Below, piece by piece: positions 8,425 to 17,416 of a DNA stretch of 64,000 nt (the stretch's first letter is position 1; every line of letters starts with the position of its first letter). Position numbers and translations under genes: made by a program. Location of the stretch: the sequence record OP292654.1; one strand, written 5' to 3'. The notes under the pieces are model-generated. The model worked only from the letters and a program-made list of their open reading frames with translations, was not told the origin of the DNA and made no database searches.

Positions 8425-8470
8425 TAGACGCATCTTGCCACCCTCTGGGGTTCCCGCGTTCTCGCGTCTA
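8425..8470 (-). ncRNA. Two-hairpin element, stand-alone minus-strand copy
   Basis: TAGACGC...ACCC-CAGA-GGGT-GGCAAGAT-GCGTCTA on the minus strand; no downstream ORF on that strand. Confidence 0.6.
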
Positions 8471-8477
8471 TGTAGTA

Positions 8478-8506
8478 ATTATAGGGGAATCTGGTTCTGT
8501 TGTCAA
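8478..8506 (-). promoter_or_regulatory. Perfect-consensus sigma70 promoter, antisense to the gene cassette
   Basis: TTGACA-N17-TATAAT on the minus strand. Confidence 0.85.
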
Positions 8507-8588
8507 GGAAAAGTTTTTGAATTAAATCCTTGCATTCATTCATCGGATAGAGTACTATTATTGTATCGAAACGAAGGAGTGCTTTTAA

Positions 8589-8783
8589 ATGAGAATTCAG
8601 CCAATCAATCCTGTACATGCTTTGTATCTTGACGAACGTAAACGCGAACGTCCTGATGCACCGAAGTTGACAATGGAAAGAGCGATTGAACATTGTAAAG
8701 CAATCGATCCTTCTTTTGTAGTAGATTTAAGCAAGAAAGATATTCCATCTTTCCTGTATAATTCATCCGGTAAATTAACATGA
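8589..8783 (+). CDS. Small hypothetical protein
   Basis: AAGGAG SD. Confidence 0.75.
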   Translation: MRIQPINPVHALYLDERKRERPDAPKLTMERAIEHCKAIDPSFVVDLSKKDIPSFLYNSSGKLT

Positions 8784-8792
8784 GGTAACACT

Positions 8793-9662
8793 ATGTCAAA
8801 GAAAATGATATCCTGGGGTCTGGTCGGTATCGGTGCGTTGGTGCTCCTGATCGGTTTTATTACGGCGGCGTTTACCACGCAAGAAACAGAGCGTACTGTA
8901 GTACTGCGTAATGGTAAATTCGTCGAAGTGGCACAGCCTGGTTTCCATCTGGTGATGCCGTTCGTTACCAGTACTAAGGATATTTCCGTAACAGGCGAAT
9001 CCCGCCGCTGGGAAAAACTTCAGGCATATAGCCGCGATCAGCAGCCAGCAGATATGGCGGTTTCCGTTTCGTTCAACGTGACGCCTGGCCAGGTTGAGGA
9101 TCTGTATAAGAAATATAACACGGTTGAAGCGATGATCGCACGTGTTATTGATCGCCAGGTTCCCCAAGCCCTGGAAAACGTTTTCGGTCAGTATACAGCG
9201 ATTAGTGCTGTACAGGATCGCACACGGCTGGTGGCTGATGTTAACAAGGCCGTGAAAGAGGCTATGAAGAACGAACCTGTAACGATCTCCAGTATTCAGA
9301 TCGAAGGCTTGTCTTTCTCTCCTGCTTATGATAAGGCAGTAGAAGATCGCATGACAGCACAAGTTGCCGTCGAACAGTCGCAGCAGGATCTGGAAAAGGC
9401 TAAGATCACGTCACAGATTCAGTTGACCAATGCCAAAGCCGCCGCTGATTCTAACTATGCTCAGTTGGTAGCAGAGGCGAACGGTATCAAGGCGAAAGGC
9501 GACGCAGAAGCATCGGCAATCCGTGCTAAAGGTGAAGCGTTGAAACAGGCAGGCGACACACTCGTAGCGTATACCTACGCTACCCGCTGGTCTGGTAATT
9601 CTCCTACTACTGTTGTGCCTAATAGCTCACTAACTGGTGTTTCACTGCCAGGCCAGAAGTAA
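8793..9662 (+). CDS. SPFH/Band-7/prohibitin (HflC-like) membrane protein
   Basis: N-terminal TM helix, ERTVVLRNGK...PGFHLVMPF, coiled-coil A-EA-A tail. Confidence 0.9.
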   Translation: MSKKMISWGLVGIGALVLLIGFITAAFTTQETERTVVLRNGKFVEVAQPGFHLVMPFVTSTKDISVTGESRRWEKLQAYSRDQQPADMAVSVSFNVTPGQVEDLYKKYNTVEAMIARVIDRQVPQALENVFGQYTAISAVQDRTRLVADVNKAVKEAMKNEPVTISSIQIEGLSFSPAYDKAVEDRMTAQVAVEQSQQDLEKAKITSQIQLTNAKAAADSNYAQLVAEANGIKAKGDAEASAIRAKGEALKQAGDTLVAYTYATRWSGNSPTTVVPNSSLTGVSLPGQK

Positions 9663-9682
9663 CATAACAGTACTGAAAAGTC

Positions 9683-9706
9683 AAGCCCCTTAATTGGGGC
9701 TTTTTC
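9683..9706 (+). terminator. Intrinsic terminator
   Basis: AAGCCCC-TTAATT-GGGGCTT plus T-run. Confidence 0.85.
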
Positions 9707-9806
9707 TTTTGCATTTTCTTAAAATAACTCTTGCTTTTTATATTCGTTAGTAGTACTATTATCACATCGAAGCGGTTCATGGTGAATCACACGGAGGGTA
9801 GCAAAT

Positions 9807-10007
9807 ATGTTTATCGGTCCATCAATTCCTTTTCCGCTTATGGCTGCTCGTGAAAGTCGCGAAAACCGTGCTAAGTACTTGAAAGGTGCTAGACAGTGGG
9901 AACATAACCACGAATTCCGCAAGATGGATCTTGATCTTGCTCAGTTGTTTAAAGCCCACGAAAAAGCGTGGATGGTAACATATAACCAGGAGATCGCAAA
10001 TGCTTAA
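9807..10007 (+). CDS. Small hypothetical protein
   Basis: GGAGG SD. Confidence 0.75.
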   Translation: MFIGPSIPFPLMAARESRENRAKYLKGARQWEHNHEFRKMDLDLAQLFKAHEKAWMVTYNQEIANA

Positions 10008-10198
10008 GTTTATACTTATCGCCGTTGTGGTATTCTTTGCTTTACGTGGTTGTACTGTCACGTATTCAAATAATAACTGTACCCTGATAATGGGTCAATC
10101 TGGCAATAGCTATACTTGCGAGTAAACATTATCAAAAGTACTTGCTTTATGTATGCGAGTACTTTATAATGATTACATCAAGTGAACGGAGAATTGAA

Positions 10199-10552
10199 AT
10201 GAAAAGAATCGCAGTAGTAGCAATCGCAGTACTGGCATTTTCCGCTGGCATTCATACAGGCCGTTGGGTGGAAGCTAAAAAGAATCCACCTGTTGTTAAC
10301 GTAACAGTAAATCCGGTCAGTACTGTTGAACCGATTTACAATTGTACTATCAAGACGCATGATGATTCTCGTTATATTTCAAACGAAGAATTTACATTAA
10401 CTGCCACACAAATCATTAATATGGAACGTGGGGATATTGTAGGGCATAATCATGTTGTTACCGTTCCTTTATGGAATACTGATAAGAATGAAATGATGGG
10501 GCTTATCAGTACTGAAAATTCATCATTCAATTGTGTATTGGAAAAGAAATAA
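10199..10552 (+). CDS. Secreted or membrane-anchored hypothetical protein
   Basis: MKRIAVVAIAVLAFSA signal-like N-terminus; GGAG SD (start moved). Confidence 0.8.
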   Translation: MKRIAVVAIAVLAFSAGIHTGRWVEAKKNPPVVNVTVNPVSTVEPIYNCTIKTHDDSRYISNEEFTLTATQIINMERGDIVGHNHVVTVPLWNTDKNEMMGLISTENSSFNCVLEKK

Positions 10553-10944
10553 TGGGTCAAAATGTTCATGGGTTGCCTTATGGCGTAGCTAATGCCCTTA
10601 ACGAATTAGCAAAGAATGTTAAGACTGGTCCAGGTGCTGCTAGAAAATACAGAACAGAAGATGATTATTATAACGAATTTGTTCGTCGTAATGGTAATCA
10701 ATCTGGTTTTCCAGTACCGAAAGATGCATTAAGAAAAAGACTGTACAAACGAGCGAAGGAACGTTATAATAAAGACCATCCTCGCGAGTACAAACTAAAG
10801 ACCGTTAATGATATGGTCATGTTTCTGGCGAATAATGGTCAAATCACGGCTTTATGGCAGCACGTAGGTTTAGACATTGAACGGCACGAAATGGCAAAAA
10901 AAGCTATTGACATTTATCAAACAGGTAAGGGGTTACTTAAATGA
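10552..10944 (+). CDS. Basic hypothetical protein
   Basis: TAATG coupling to the previous gene. Confidence 0.75.
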   Translation: MGQNVHGLPYGVANALNELAKNVKTGPGAARKYRTEDDYYNEFVRRNGNQSGFPVPKDALRKRLYKRAKERYNKDHPREYKLKTVNDMVMFLANNGQITALWQHVGLDIERHEMAKKAIDIYQTGKGLLK

Positions 10945-11113
10945 AATATCGTAGCACATACAAGCCAAAACGCAATAGTTATCTGACGGCTGTTACTGGT
11001 TATTATGGTCGGGCACGAAAATAATACTTGCGTTATTCATTCAGTACTGTTATAGTACTTACATCCAGACGGGAAACAAGTTTCCCTGTAAACCACAAAG
11101 AAGGAAAGAACCA

Positions 11114-11482
11114 ATGACTATTCAGACTCACTACTTCGCTACCAGAACTCTTGCTCGTGCTAACGTTGAAGTACTGAACGGCAAGATCAAAGACTTCGGC
11201 AAAGACGCACCAACTGGTGAACGTTGGGCGGTGCTGGTGGAAGTACCAGAACAGCATTCCGAGATTGAGATGCATCAATCAATGGATACTGCGGTTAACA
11301 GTACTATTGACTTCCTGAAGCGTGAACGCCTGATGATGGATGCCAGTACTATCACTAATCAGCGTCCTGGTATCATCGGCGAACAAACTCTGAAAACGCC
11401 AAATAACAAGCCGTGCCGTGTCTCCTGGCGTCGCAGTATGACGGCGGTACGTCTGGCTAAACACTTACAGAAAGTCTCTTAA
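11114..11482 (+). CDS. Hypothetical protein
   Basis: AAGGA SD, upstream promoter. Confidence 0.8.
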   Translation: MTIQTHYFATRTLARANVEVLNGKIKDFGKDAPTGERWAVLVEVPEQHSEIEMHQSMDTAVNSTIDFLKRERLMMDASTITNQRPGIIGEQTLKTPNNKPCRVSWRRSMTAVRLAKHLQKVS

Positions 11483-11532
11483 AATGCGATACAGGGGGTT
11501 ATGTGCCCCCTGTTTATTCCTGGGGTGTATCA

Positions 11533-11775
11533 ATGAAAAAGATAATGGTAGATGATACACAATTACGAATACATTTTAAAGCTCAGACTAAAGTACTTGA
11601 CAAGGCTATTCGTGTTGTGCGAGAATACAAAGGCGGTAATGTAAGACCGCGAAAGCTGAATTGTGGATTGTTCAGTGTGATCGAAGTATCACGCAATGAA
11701 CGTATTGTGATTGACAATGGCAAACTTAACCTAATGACTCATGAACAATATAACAATTTCATCGCTAGGCGTTGA
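11533..11775 (+). CDS. ParE/RelE-like toxin-fold small protein
   Basis: KA..V..Y..G.V.PR.L....S.I.V....R......LM(T/S)HE.YN pattern typical of small ParE-like proteins. Confidence 0.55.
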   Translation: MKKIMVDDTQLRIHFKAQTKVLDKAIRVVREYKGGNVRPRKLNCGLFSVIEVSRNERIVIDNGKLNLMTHEQYNNFIARR

Positions 11776-11822
11776 CAGAATCCCCTAAATATGATTATAA
11801 TAATCGTATAGGGGATTTTATT

Positions 11823-12290
11823 ATGCCAAACAATTTTAAGAACAAGAACGGGGCGTCCATCGCTGGTCATAGTCAAAAATGGGCTAATGATAATCGCCGT
11901 TCAAACAGTCATGATGCTGGTCAAGGTGATCGCGGTTCACGTAACCAGGGAACAGGACTACAAGGCAAGCTAAACACAATGCCTTCTCAGGGTACAGACA
12001 CTTCCCGCATGAATCCAGAAGAAAAGTTAAAGTACTTTAAATCGTTAGGACTTATGCCAGGCCGTGAACCTACACCAGAACCATCTATTAAAGATCTGCC
12101 TAATGTCTTGCGTAAAATGTTCGAAGGTGAACCAACGTACATTAAAGATATTACTACCGCATTAAAGGCCGTGCCACCAGCACAATATCAAGCCGCTGTC
12201 AAGGCAGTATTTCACGCCGCACACAACACAGAATCAGATGATGTTTATGATAAGTATGAAGCTATCATGAACGCAATACAATCAGTTTAA
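11823..12290 (+). CDS. Hypothetical protein with low-complexity N-terminus
   Basis: GGGGA SD; promoter TTGACA 11772...TATAAT. Confidence 0.8.
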   Translation: MPNNFKNKNGASIAGHSQKWANDNRRSNSHDAGQGDRGSRNQGTGLQGKLNTMPSQGTDTSRMNPEEKLKYFKSLGLMPGREPTPEPSIKDLPNVLRKMFEGEPTYIKDITTALKAVPPAQYQAAVKAVFHAAHNTESDDVYDKYEAIMNAIQSV

Positions 12291-12295
12291 AAAAT

Positions 12296-12335
12296 AAGGG
12301 TTGACTTCGGTTAACCCTTTTGTTATTCTATCAGT
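12296..12335 (+). promoter_or_regulatory. Terminator/promoter fusion
   Basis: AAGGGTTGAC-TTCG-GTTAACCCTT, T-run, TATTCT. Confidence 0.75.
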
Positions 12336-12359
12336 ACTGAAAACAACGGAGCAATTGAA

Positions 12360-12710
12360 ATGAGAAAACTTCTTCTGTTAGGTCTGCTGGTGGCTTCATA
12401 CGCGAACGCTGGTACTCAGGTTTACACTTGCCCAAGTTACACACTGTACCAGGGAACGGGGAACGGCAATTATCAGAAAGTAGATAACTCTGCCGCTGAA
12501 CACATTATTCAAATCACTGTAACTGAACCAGTGATTGAAGTACAGGTGAAAGATACTGATATGGAAGTAGTTCAATTCTGGAAAGATTACAGTATCTATC
12601 GTAATGATACTGGCACAATCGAACAGGCCGGATCTATGTTTACCATGAAAACCGCTGTACCACAAAACGGCGTTTATCTTCCTGTCAAGATCGTTTATCA
12701 TTGTAATTAA
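12360..12710 (+). CDS. Exported (signal peptide) protein, possible periplasmic or superinfection factor
   Basis: MRKLLLLGLLVASYANA signal peptide with ANA cleavage site. Confidence 0.8.
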   Translation: MRKLLLLGLLVASYANAGTQVYTCPSYTLYQGTGNGNYQKVDNSAAEHIIQITVTEPVIEVQVKDTDMEVVQFWKDYSIYRNDTGTIEQAGSMFTMKTAVPQNGVYLPVKIVYHCN

Positions 12711-12784
12711 TTTCATTCCAGGGGTTGACATATGTTCGCCCCTGATCAATAATATCAGTACTGAAAACAAACGAGGGTACTACC

Positions 12785-13006
12785 ATGATTGAAGATATGT
12801 TGAGAGAGTTGTTTGCTGAACCAACTGAAGCAGACCTGAAAGCAAATGAAGTTATCGGGCAGATCTGCGAGTTCAATCAGTTTAACCTGATGGGCGTCCT
12901 CCTTCTGAATAACTTCCTGGGTGGATTCGACCGCCAGATCATCGCCGATAAGGTTAGCCCACTGGCAACGCCTTTCGTACTGGCAGATCATAAACTGATG
13001 CATTAA
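12785..13006 (+). CDS. Small hypothetical protein
   Basis: GAGGG SD, own promoter at 12721. Confidence 0.75.
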   Translation: MIEDMLRELFAEPTEADLKANEVIGQICEFNQFNLMGVLLLNNFLGGFDRQIIADKVSPLATPFVLADHKLMH

Positions 13007-13057
13007 GAAAATAAAGGGTTGACTTCGGTTAGCCCTTTTTGCTATACTGTATTCAAT

Positions 13058-13100
13058 CCAGCGAAATGGACTAACCCTATAGGGTGGCAAGTTGCGTCCA
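13058..13100 (+). ncRNA. Two-hairpin element, copy 6
   Basis: TCCA-GCGAAA-TGGA; ACCC-TATA-GGGT; follows hairpin-promoter at 13013. Confidence 0.6.
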
Positions 13101-13251
13101 ATGGATTTTAGTACTAGAAAGTACTGTATAAATGAACAGGTAATTATTTTTAAATTAAAACGTGAATAGTACTTGCGTTATTCATCCAGTACTGTATAAT
13201 CTTTTACATGGATTAGGGAATGGCCTTAATCATTTAAGCGAGAATATCAAA

Positions 13252-13827
13252 ATGAAATTTAACGAACTGAACGCAGAACAGCAAGCTAAAGCAATTGAAA
13301 AGAACAGAGATATTAACGTTGATTTCCAGGAATGGAATGATTGGGTAAAAGAAGAACATCATTCTAAACTGGAAGCTGTTGGCTTCGACGGAGTAGAATC
13401 AGCGTATTCTGGCTTTTGGTCACAAGGCGACGGTGCAAGCTTCACGGCGACTTCCCTTGACATTGAAAAGTTTTTACGTTCACAAAAACGCTGGACGCAT
13501 TATCGCCCACTTCATGAGATGATCCGTATCAATGAAATATGGGCTAAAGTGGTTCGTACCTCGCATATGTACTGCCACGAAAACACTACTCAGGCAGAGT
13601 TACACGGCGAGCATTACATTGATTTAACTCCACGTCAAGAAACTTTGTATGAAGAACTTGAAAAGGAAATTGATACTTATATCACGCAAGCTGGCCAGGT
13701 CTACTATCGTGCTCTTAATGAAGCATACGACGATCTGACAAGTGATGAACAGGTTAAACAAAGTATCATCGCAAATGATATGGACTTCGAAGAAGATCCC
13801 CGCGAACCTGGCGTAACGTATCTCTAA
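13252..13827 (+). CDS. Conserved hypothetical phage protein with SGFWSQGDGASF motif
   Basis: Start moved to ATG 13252; motif recalled from phage/plasmid hypothetical proteins. Confidence 0.8.
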   Translation: MKFNELNAEQQAKAIEKNRDINVDFQEWNDWVKEEHHSKLEAVGFDGVESAYSGFWSQGDGASFTATSLDIEKFLRSQKRWTHYRPLHEMIRINEIWAKVVRTSHMYCHENTTQAELHGEHYIDLTPRQETLYEELEKEIDTYITQAGQVYYRALNEAYDDLTSDEQVKQSIIANDMDFEEDPREPGVTYL

Positions 13828-14244
13828 AAATAATTAATAACAGGGATTGACTAGTTCAATCCCTTTTGCTATTCTATCAGTACTGAAACAGAGGATAGCA
13901 ACATGAAAAAGAAATATGTAGTTGAGTACACAGAAGAAAGTTTAGCACACGTAGAAGCTAAACATATGGAAGATATTTTAGGCCTGGCTATTAGTACAGT
14001 ACTTTCCTTTATCCTGGTATTCTGCTAATGCGTGAACTTAAATCATTCAGAAACGGCAAAGTTAGATTGTATTCCAATCGCGGAGTACTCACACTTAACC
14101 ACGCAGATATTAATAACTGTACTATGACATTTGTCAAGCCCTGGTATGCTCTTTATTATTACAGCCAGGCAGTTACAAAAGAAATGAAATCATTTGCATA
14201 AAGGGCTTGACACAATAAGCCCTTATTGATATACTGTTATCAAT

Positions 14245-14287
14245 CAGGCGAAACTGACTAACCCTATAGGGTGGCGTAGTGTATTCA
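14245..14287 (+). ncRNA. Two-hairpin element, copy 7 (3' end degenerate)
   Basis: TCAG-GCGAAA-CTGA; ACCC-TATA-GGGT. Confidence 0.55.
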
Positions 14288-14409
14288 AAATCTATTAGTA
14301 CTGGATACATGTACAGTAATTATTTTTAAATTAAAACGTGAATAGTACTTGCATTCAAACGTCCATAGTATATAATGAAGTTATTGAAACAGCACTGGAG
14401 CAAAACAAA

Positions 14410-14649
14410 ATGGCTAAATCAGGAATTGAATTTAAAGTAAGAGTCTGGTCTGATACCGCCGCACGTCCGTTCGATGTTGTAGCACTTGACCACGACAACA
14501 ACAAGCAACACTATCAGCCAGGCGTCGAATTCAGTACTGAAAAAGGTGCGGAAGATCACGCAAACACCTTGACAAACGTACTGAAATCTGAACCTAGCCG
14601 TTCTAATTTCATTCGTGATTACTGGCCTGTTGATGGCGGTATCGAGTAA
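14410..14649 (+). CDS. Hypothetical protein
   Basis: GGAG SD before ATG 14410. Confidence 0.8.
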   Translation: MAKSGIEFKVRVWSDTAARPFDVVALDHDNNKQHYQPGVEFSTEKGAEDHANTLTNVLKSEPSRSNFIRDYWPVDGGIE

Positions 14650-14725
14650 TAAAAATCAAAATAGTACTGGACAACTTGAATAGAATCCAGTACTATTACC
14701 TTACACCAAACGAGAGGAACGAATC

Positions 14726-15568
14726 ATGATTAAAATGTATCAGGGTATCAACGGCAAAGCTATCAAAGAAAATCGCCCACTGACCAGAAGTGAACTCCTG
14801 GAAGTAGTACCGTCAGTATTCCAGTACGATGCACACGAATCACGTTCAGCACGTTTCGCACCAGTGCCAACTATCGACGTGATTGATCGTCTCGCTCAGG
14901 AAAACTATTTCCCGATGTTCGCAACTCAGGCACGTGTACGCGACGAATCAAAACGCGAATTCACTAAGCATATGTTGCGTTTCCGTCAACCTGGACAGAA
15001 AGAAGGTGAAGCAAACGAAATCATCCTTCTTAATGCGAACGATGGCACAAGTGCTTACCAGTTGATTAGCGGGCAATTCCGTTTCGTATGTGCTAATGGT
15101 CTGGTAATGGGTAATACCCAAAGCAATACTAAGATCTATCACAAAGGCCAGAACATCATGGATGACGTGATCGAAGGTGTATTCGAGGTTGTTAAAGACT
15201 TCGACCTTATCGACCGTTACAAAGGCGAAATGTCACGCATCCAGTTAGACGACAAACAACGCAAGTCATTTGCCGTTGCTGGTTACTTCGCTAAAGAAGG
15301 TTTACCAAAACCAGGCGAAGCTATCAACTTCCTGTACAGTCCTGAACAGTTGTTGAATACTCGCAACGTTAACAGTACTGATCGCAACAGCAACAGCCTG
15401 TACAGTACGTTTAACATCGTACAGCAAAACGTAATGGCTGGAGGGCAAACAGGCCGTAGCGATTCAGGCCGTCGCCGTACAACTCGCGGCGTGACTAACA
15501 TCGACAAGAATTTAGACTTTAACTCTAAATTGTGGCAGTTGGCAACTTCATTAGTAGATGCCGCATAA
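14726..15568 (+). CDS. DUF932/DUF945 family protein (YafZ/YubP-like)
   Basis: RSARF..VPTIDV..RL; FTKHMLRFR; IILLNANDGTSAYQL..G.FRFVCANGLV. Confidence 0.85.
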   Translation: MIKMYQGINGKAIKENRPLTRSELLEVVPSVFQYDAHESRSARFAPVPTIDVIDRLAQENYFPMFATQARVRDESKREFTKHMLRFRQPGQKEGEANEIILLNANDGTSAYQLISGQFRFVCANGLVMGNTQSNTKIYHKGQNIMDDVIEGVFEVVKDFDLIDRYKGEMSRIQLDDKQRKSFAVAGYFAKEGLPKPGEAINFLYSPEQLLNTRNVNSTDRNSNSLYSTFNIVQQNVMAGGQTGRSDSGRRRTTRGVTNIDKNLDFNSKLWQLATSLVDAA

Positions 15569-15645
15569 AGTACTAATAAGGGGTTGACAAGTATCAGCCC
15601 CTTTGCTATTCTATCAGTACTGAAACAACAACAGGAAGTAAACGA

Positions 15646-15954
15646 ATGTCTAGATTAACCTTTTTTGTACGTCATGACCTGGTAGAGTATAACGGTCAAG
15701 AAGCCTCAAGCTTTTATATCGTCGGTCAAGATACAGAAACAGGCCGTCGCATTGCCCTGAAAACTTCTCACGAAATGACTCAGGAACTCCACGAACAACA
15801 GGCAGTTCGCGAGAAACAGAATCGCCGTATCCTGGCAATTGAGAAACATCTCGCCGCTGGTGGAAGCCTGAACCCTGATCACTGGAATGAGATTGAACCG
15901 GTGTACGGTTCAGAAGCCTGGCAGCTTGCGGATCGTATGGGCTTGTTAGATTAA
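15646..15954 (+). CDS. Hypothetical protein
   Basis: AGGA SD, hairpin-promoter at 15578. Confidence 0.8.
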   Translation: MSRLTFFVRHDLVEYNGQEASSFYIVGQDTETGRRIALKTSHEMTQELHEQQAVREKQNRRILAIEKHLAAGGSLNPDHWNEIEPVYGSEAWQLADRMGLLD

Positions 15955-16025
15955 TCAAATAAGGGGTTGACAACAGTTAGCCCCTGTCATATACTATCAG
16001 TACTGAAACAACGGAGAGTAATAGA

Positions 16026-16223
16026 ATGGCTACTGAAAGAATCAAGCAACTCGCAAACAACGTCCTCGCACGTAAGCACCTCGGCATTAATGAGGCAATG
16101 GAATCAGTACTCGGCGAGTATACCAAAGAAAACGCCAACGTGTACAATGATGTTTTCGATGAAGTCCAGAACATTCTGCATCCACACGGCCAGGGCGAAG
16201 ACGCAGTGCATTGCGATTTTTAA
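16026..16223 (+). CDS. Small acidic hypothetical protein
   Basis: GGAG SD, hairpin-promoter at 15961. Confidence 0.8.
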   Translation: MATERIKQLANNVLARKHLGINEAMESVLGEYTKENANVYNDVFDEVQNILHPHGQGEDAVHCDF

Positions 16224-16273
16224 TTCAGAAAGGGGTTGACTTCGGTCAGCCCTTTTGTTATAGTACTATCAAT

Positions 16274-16315
16274 GCGGCGAAACGCACTAACCCTCTAGGG
16301 TGGCAAGATCCGTCC
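16274..16315 (+). ncRNA. Two-hairpin element, copy 8
   Basis: TGCG-GCGAAA-CGCA; ACCC-TCTA-GGGT; GGCAAGATCCGTCC. Confidence 0.6.
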
Positions 16316-16407
16316 AAAAAATAATATAAATTAAATCGTAAAAAGTACTTGCTTTCTTCCGCTGGTGGACATATACTTAACACATAAACCAACACGAGGG
16401 CACGAAC

Positions 16408-16680
16408 ATGAGAGTAACAACACTGATTAAGAAACTGTTTGGCGAAAACTCTATCCAGGACTACATGGATACACTGGACGAAGAAGATAAAAAGCCAGTA
16501 CTGGAGTACTATAGTATCCAGCGTGACGAAGATGCATGCGAACCAGATTACTTTGTTAAACTGTTCGTTGATGGTCTGTACACTATCAGGGATATTAACG
16601 GGAATATGATTATCCATACTCATAATACCCCAGCATTAAAAAATAAGTTAAAAGAGCTTGCGTCCAGTACTGAACAGTAG
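16408..16680 (+). CDS. Hypothetical protein
   Basis: GAGGG SD. Confidence 0.8.
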   Translation: MRVTTLIKKLFGENSIQDYMDTLDEEDKKPVLEYYSIQRDEDACEPDYFVKLFVDGLYTIRDINGNMIIHTHNTPALKNKLKELASSTEQ

Positions 16681-16737
16681 TATATTAAACACATCGGGAA
16701 GCAATACCGCTTCCCACTCTTAATCAGGAGATTCATC

Positions 16738-17148
16738 ATGGCTACATTCACTACTAACTCTTACAACGATGTTCTGGTACTGGCTAAAACCTTTGGCGTG
16801 GACGCCCTGGAATACGCAGTACAGAACAGTACTGTAGACGTTGCTTTCCCTGCCCTGGTCAGAGAGTGTAAACGTTGGGCGACTCGTCAGGTTATCGAGT
16901 TACAGAACGTCAATGATGGCAACGTAGAATACAGTGTTGATGCTGTATTCAAGGCAGAGTATGAGCCAGCTATCAATCAGTATATCACTAACCTGGATGA
17001 TATTACTATCACCCGGACAGGATTTGGTTCGTTCACTAAGAACGCACGTCAGGCAATGAATGACGGCGACATTAACGCCGACACGTTAGCATTCATCGTG
17101 AATGCTATCCGCGAGAAGGGTGAAGCCCGTATCATCCTCAGTCTCTAA
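16738..17148 (+). CDS. Hypothetical protein
   Basis: AGGAG SD. Confidence 0.85.
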   Translation: MATFTTNSYNDVLVLAKTFGVDALEYAVQNSTVDVAFPALVRECKRWATRQVIELQNVNDGNVEYSVDAVFKAEYEPAINQYITNLDDITITRTGFGSFTKNARQAMNDGDINADTLAFIVNAIREKGEARIILSL

Positions 17149-17215
17149 AGTACTTGACAGTACTCAACAGCCCTGCTAATCTAGCGGGGCTTATTCTTTT
17201 ATAGGAGTACTAAAC

Positions 17216-17416
17216 ATGTTCACTGTCATTGGTTGCTTAGGATCTATTGTAGGTCAGGCTAACAGTACTGACGAGGCTATCACTATCGTTCAGCAACAGA
17301 TACCACTAAGCGATAAGAAGCTACGCACGTTAGGCAACGCCCTTCAGCGGCTGGCTGCTGGCTCAGAGTACCACGTGGAATACGGTGGCTCAGGCTGTAC
17401 TGTACGCCGCTCATAG
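17216..17416 (+). CDS. Small hypothetical protein
   Basis: AGGAG SD. Confidence 0.75.
   Translation: MFTVIGCLGSIVGQANSTDEAITIVQQQIPLSDKKLRTLGNALQRLAAGSEYHVEYGGSGCTVRRS

Noticed and set aside
953-16315. Repeated elements as a CRISPR or TIGR-type array
   Set aside because: Copies are kb apart, occur in both orientations, each sits behind its own promoter, and there are no regularly sized spacers or adjacent cas/Nop-domain gene.
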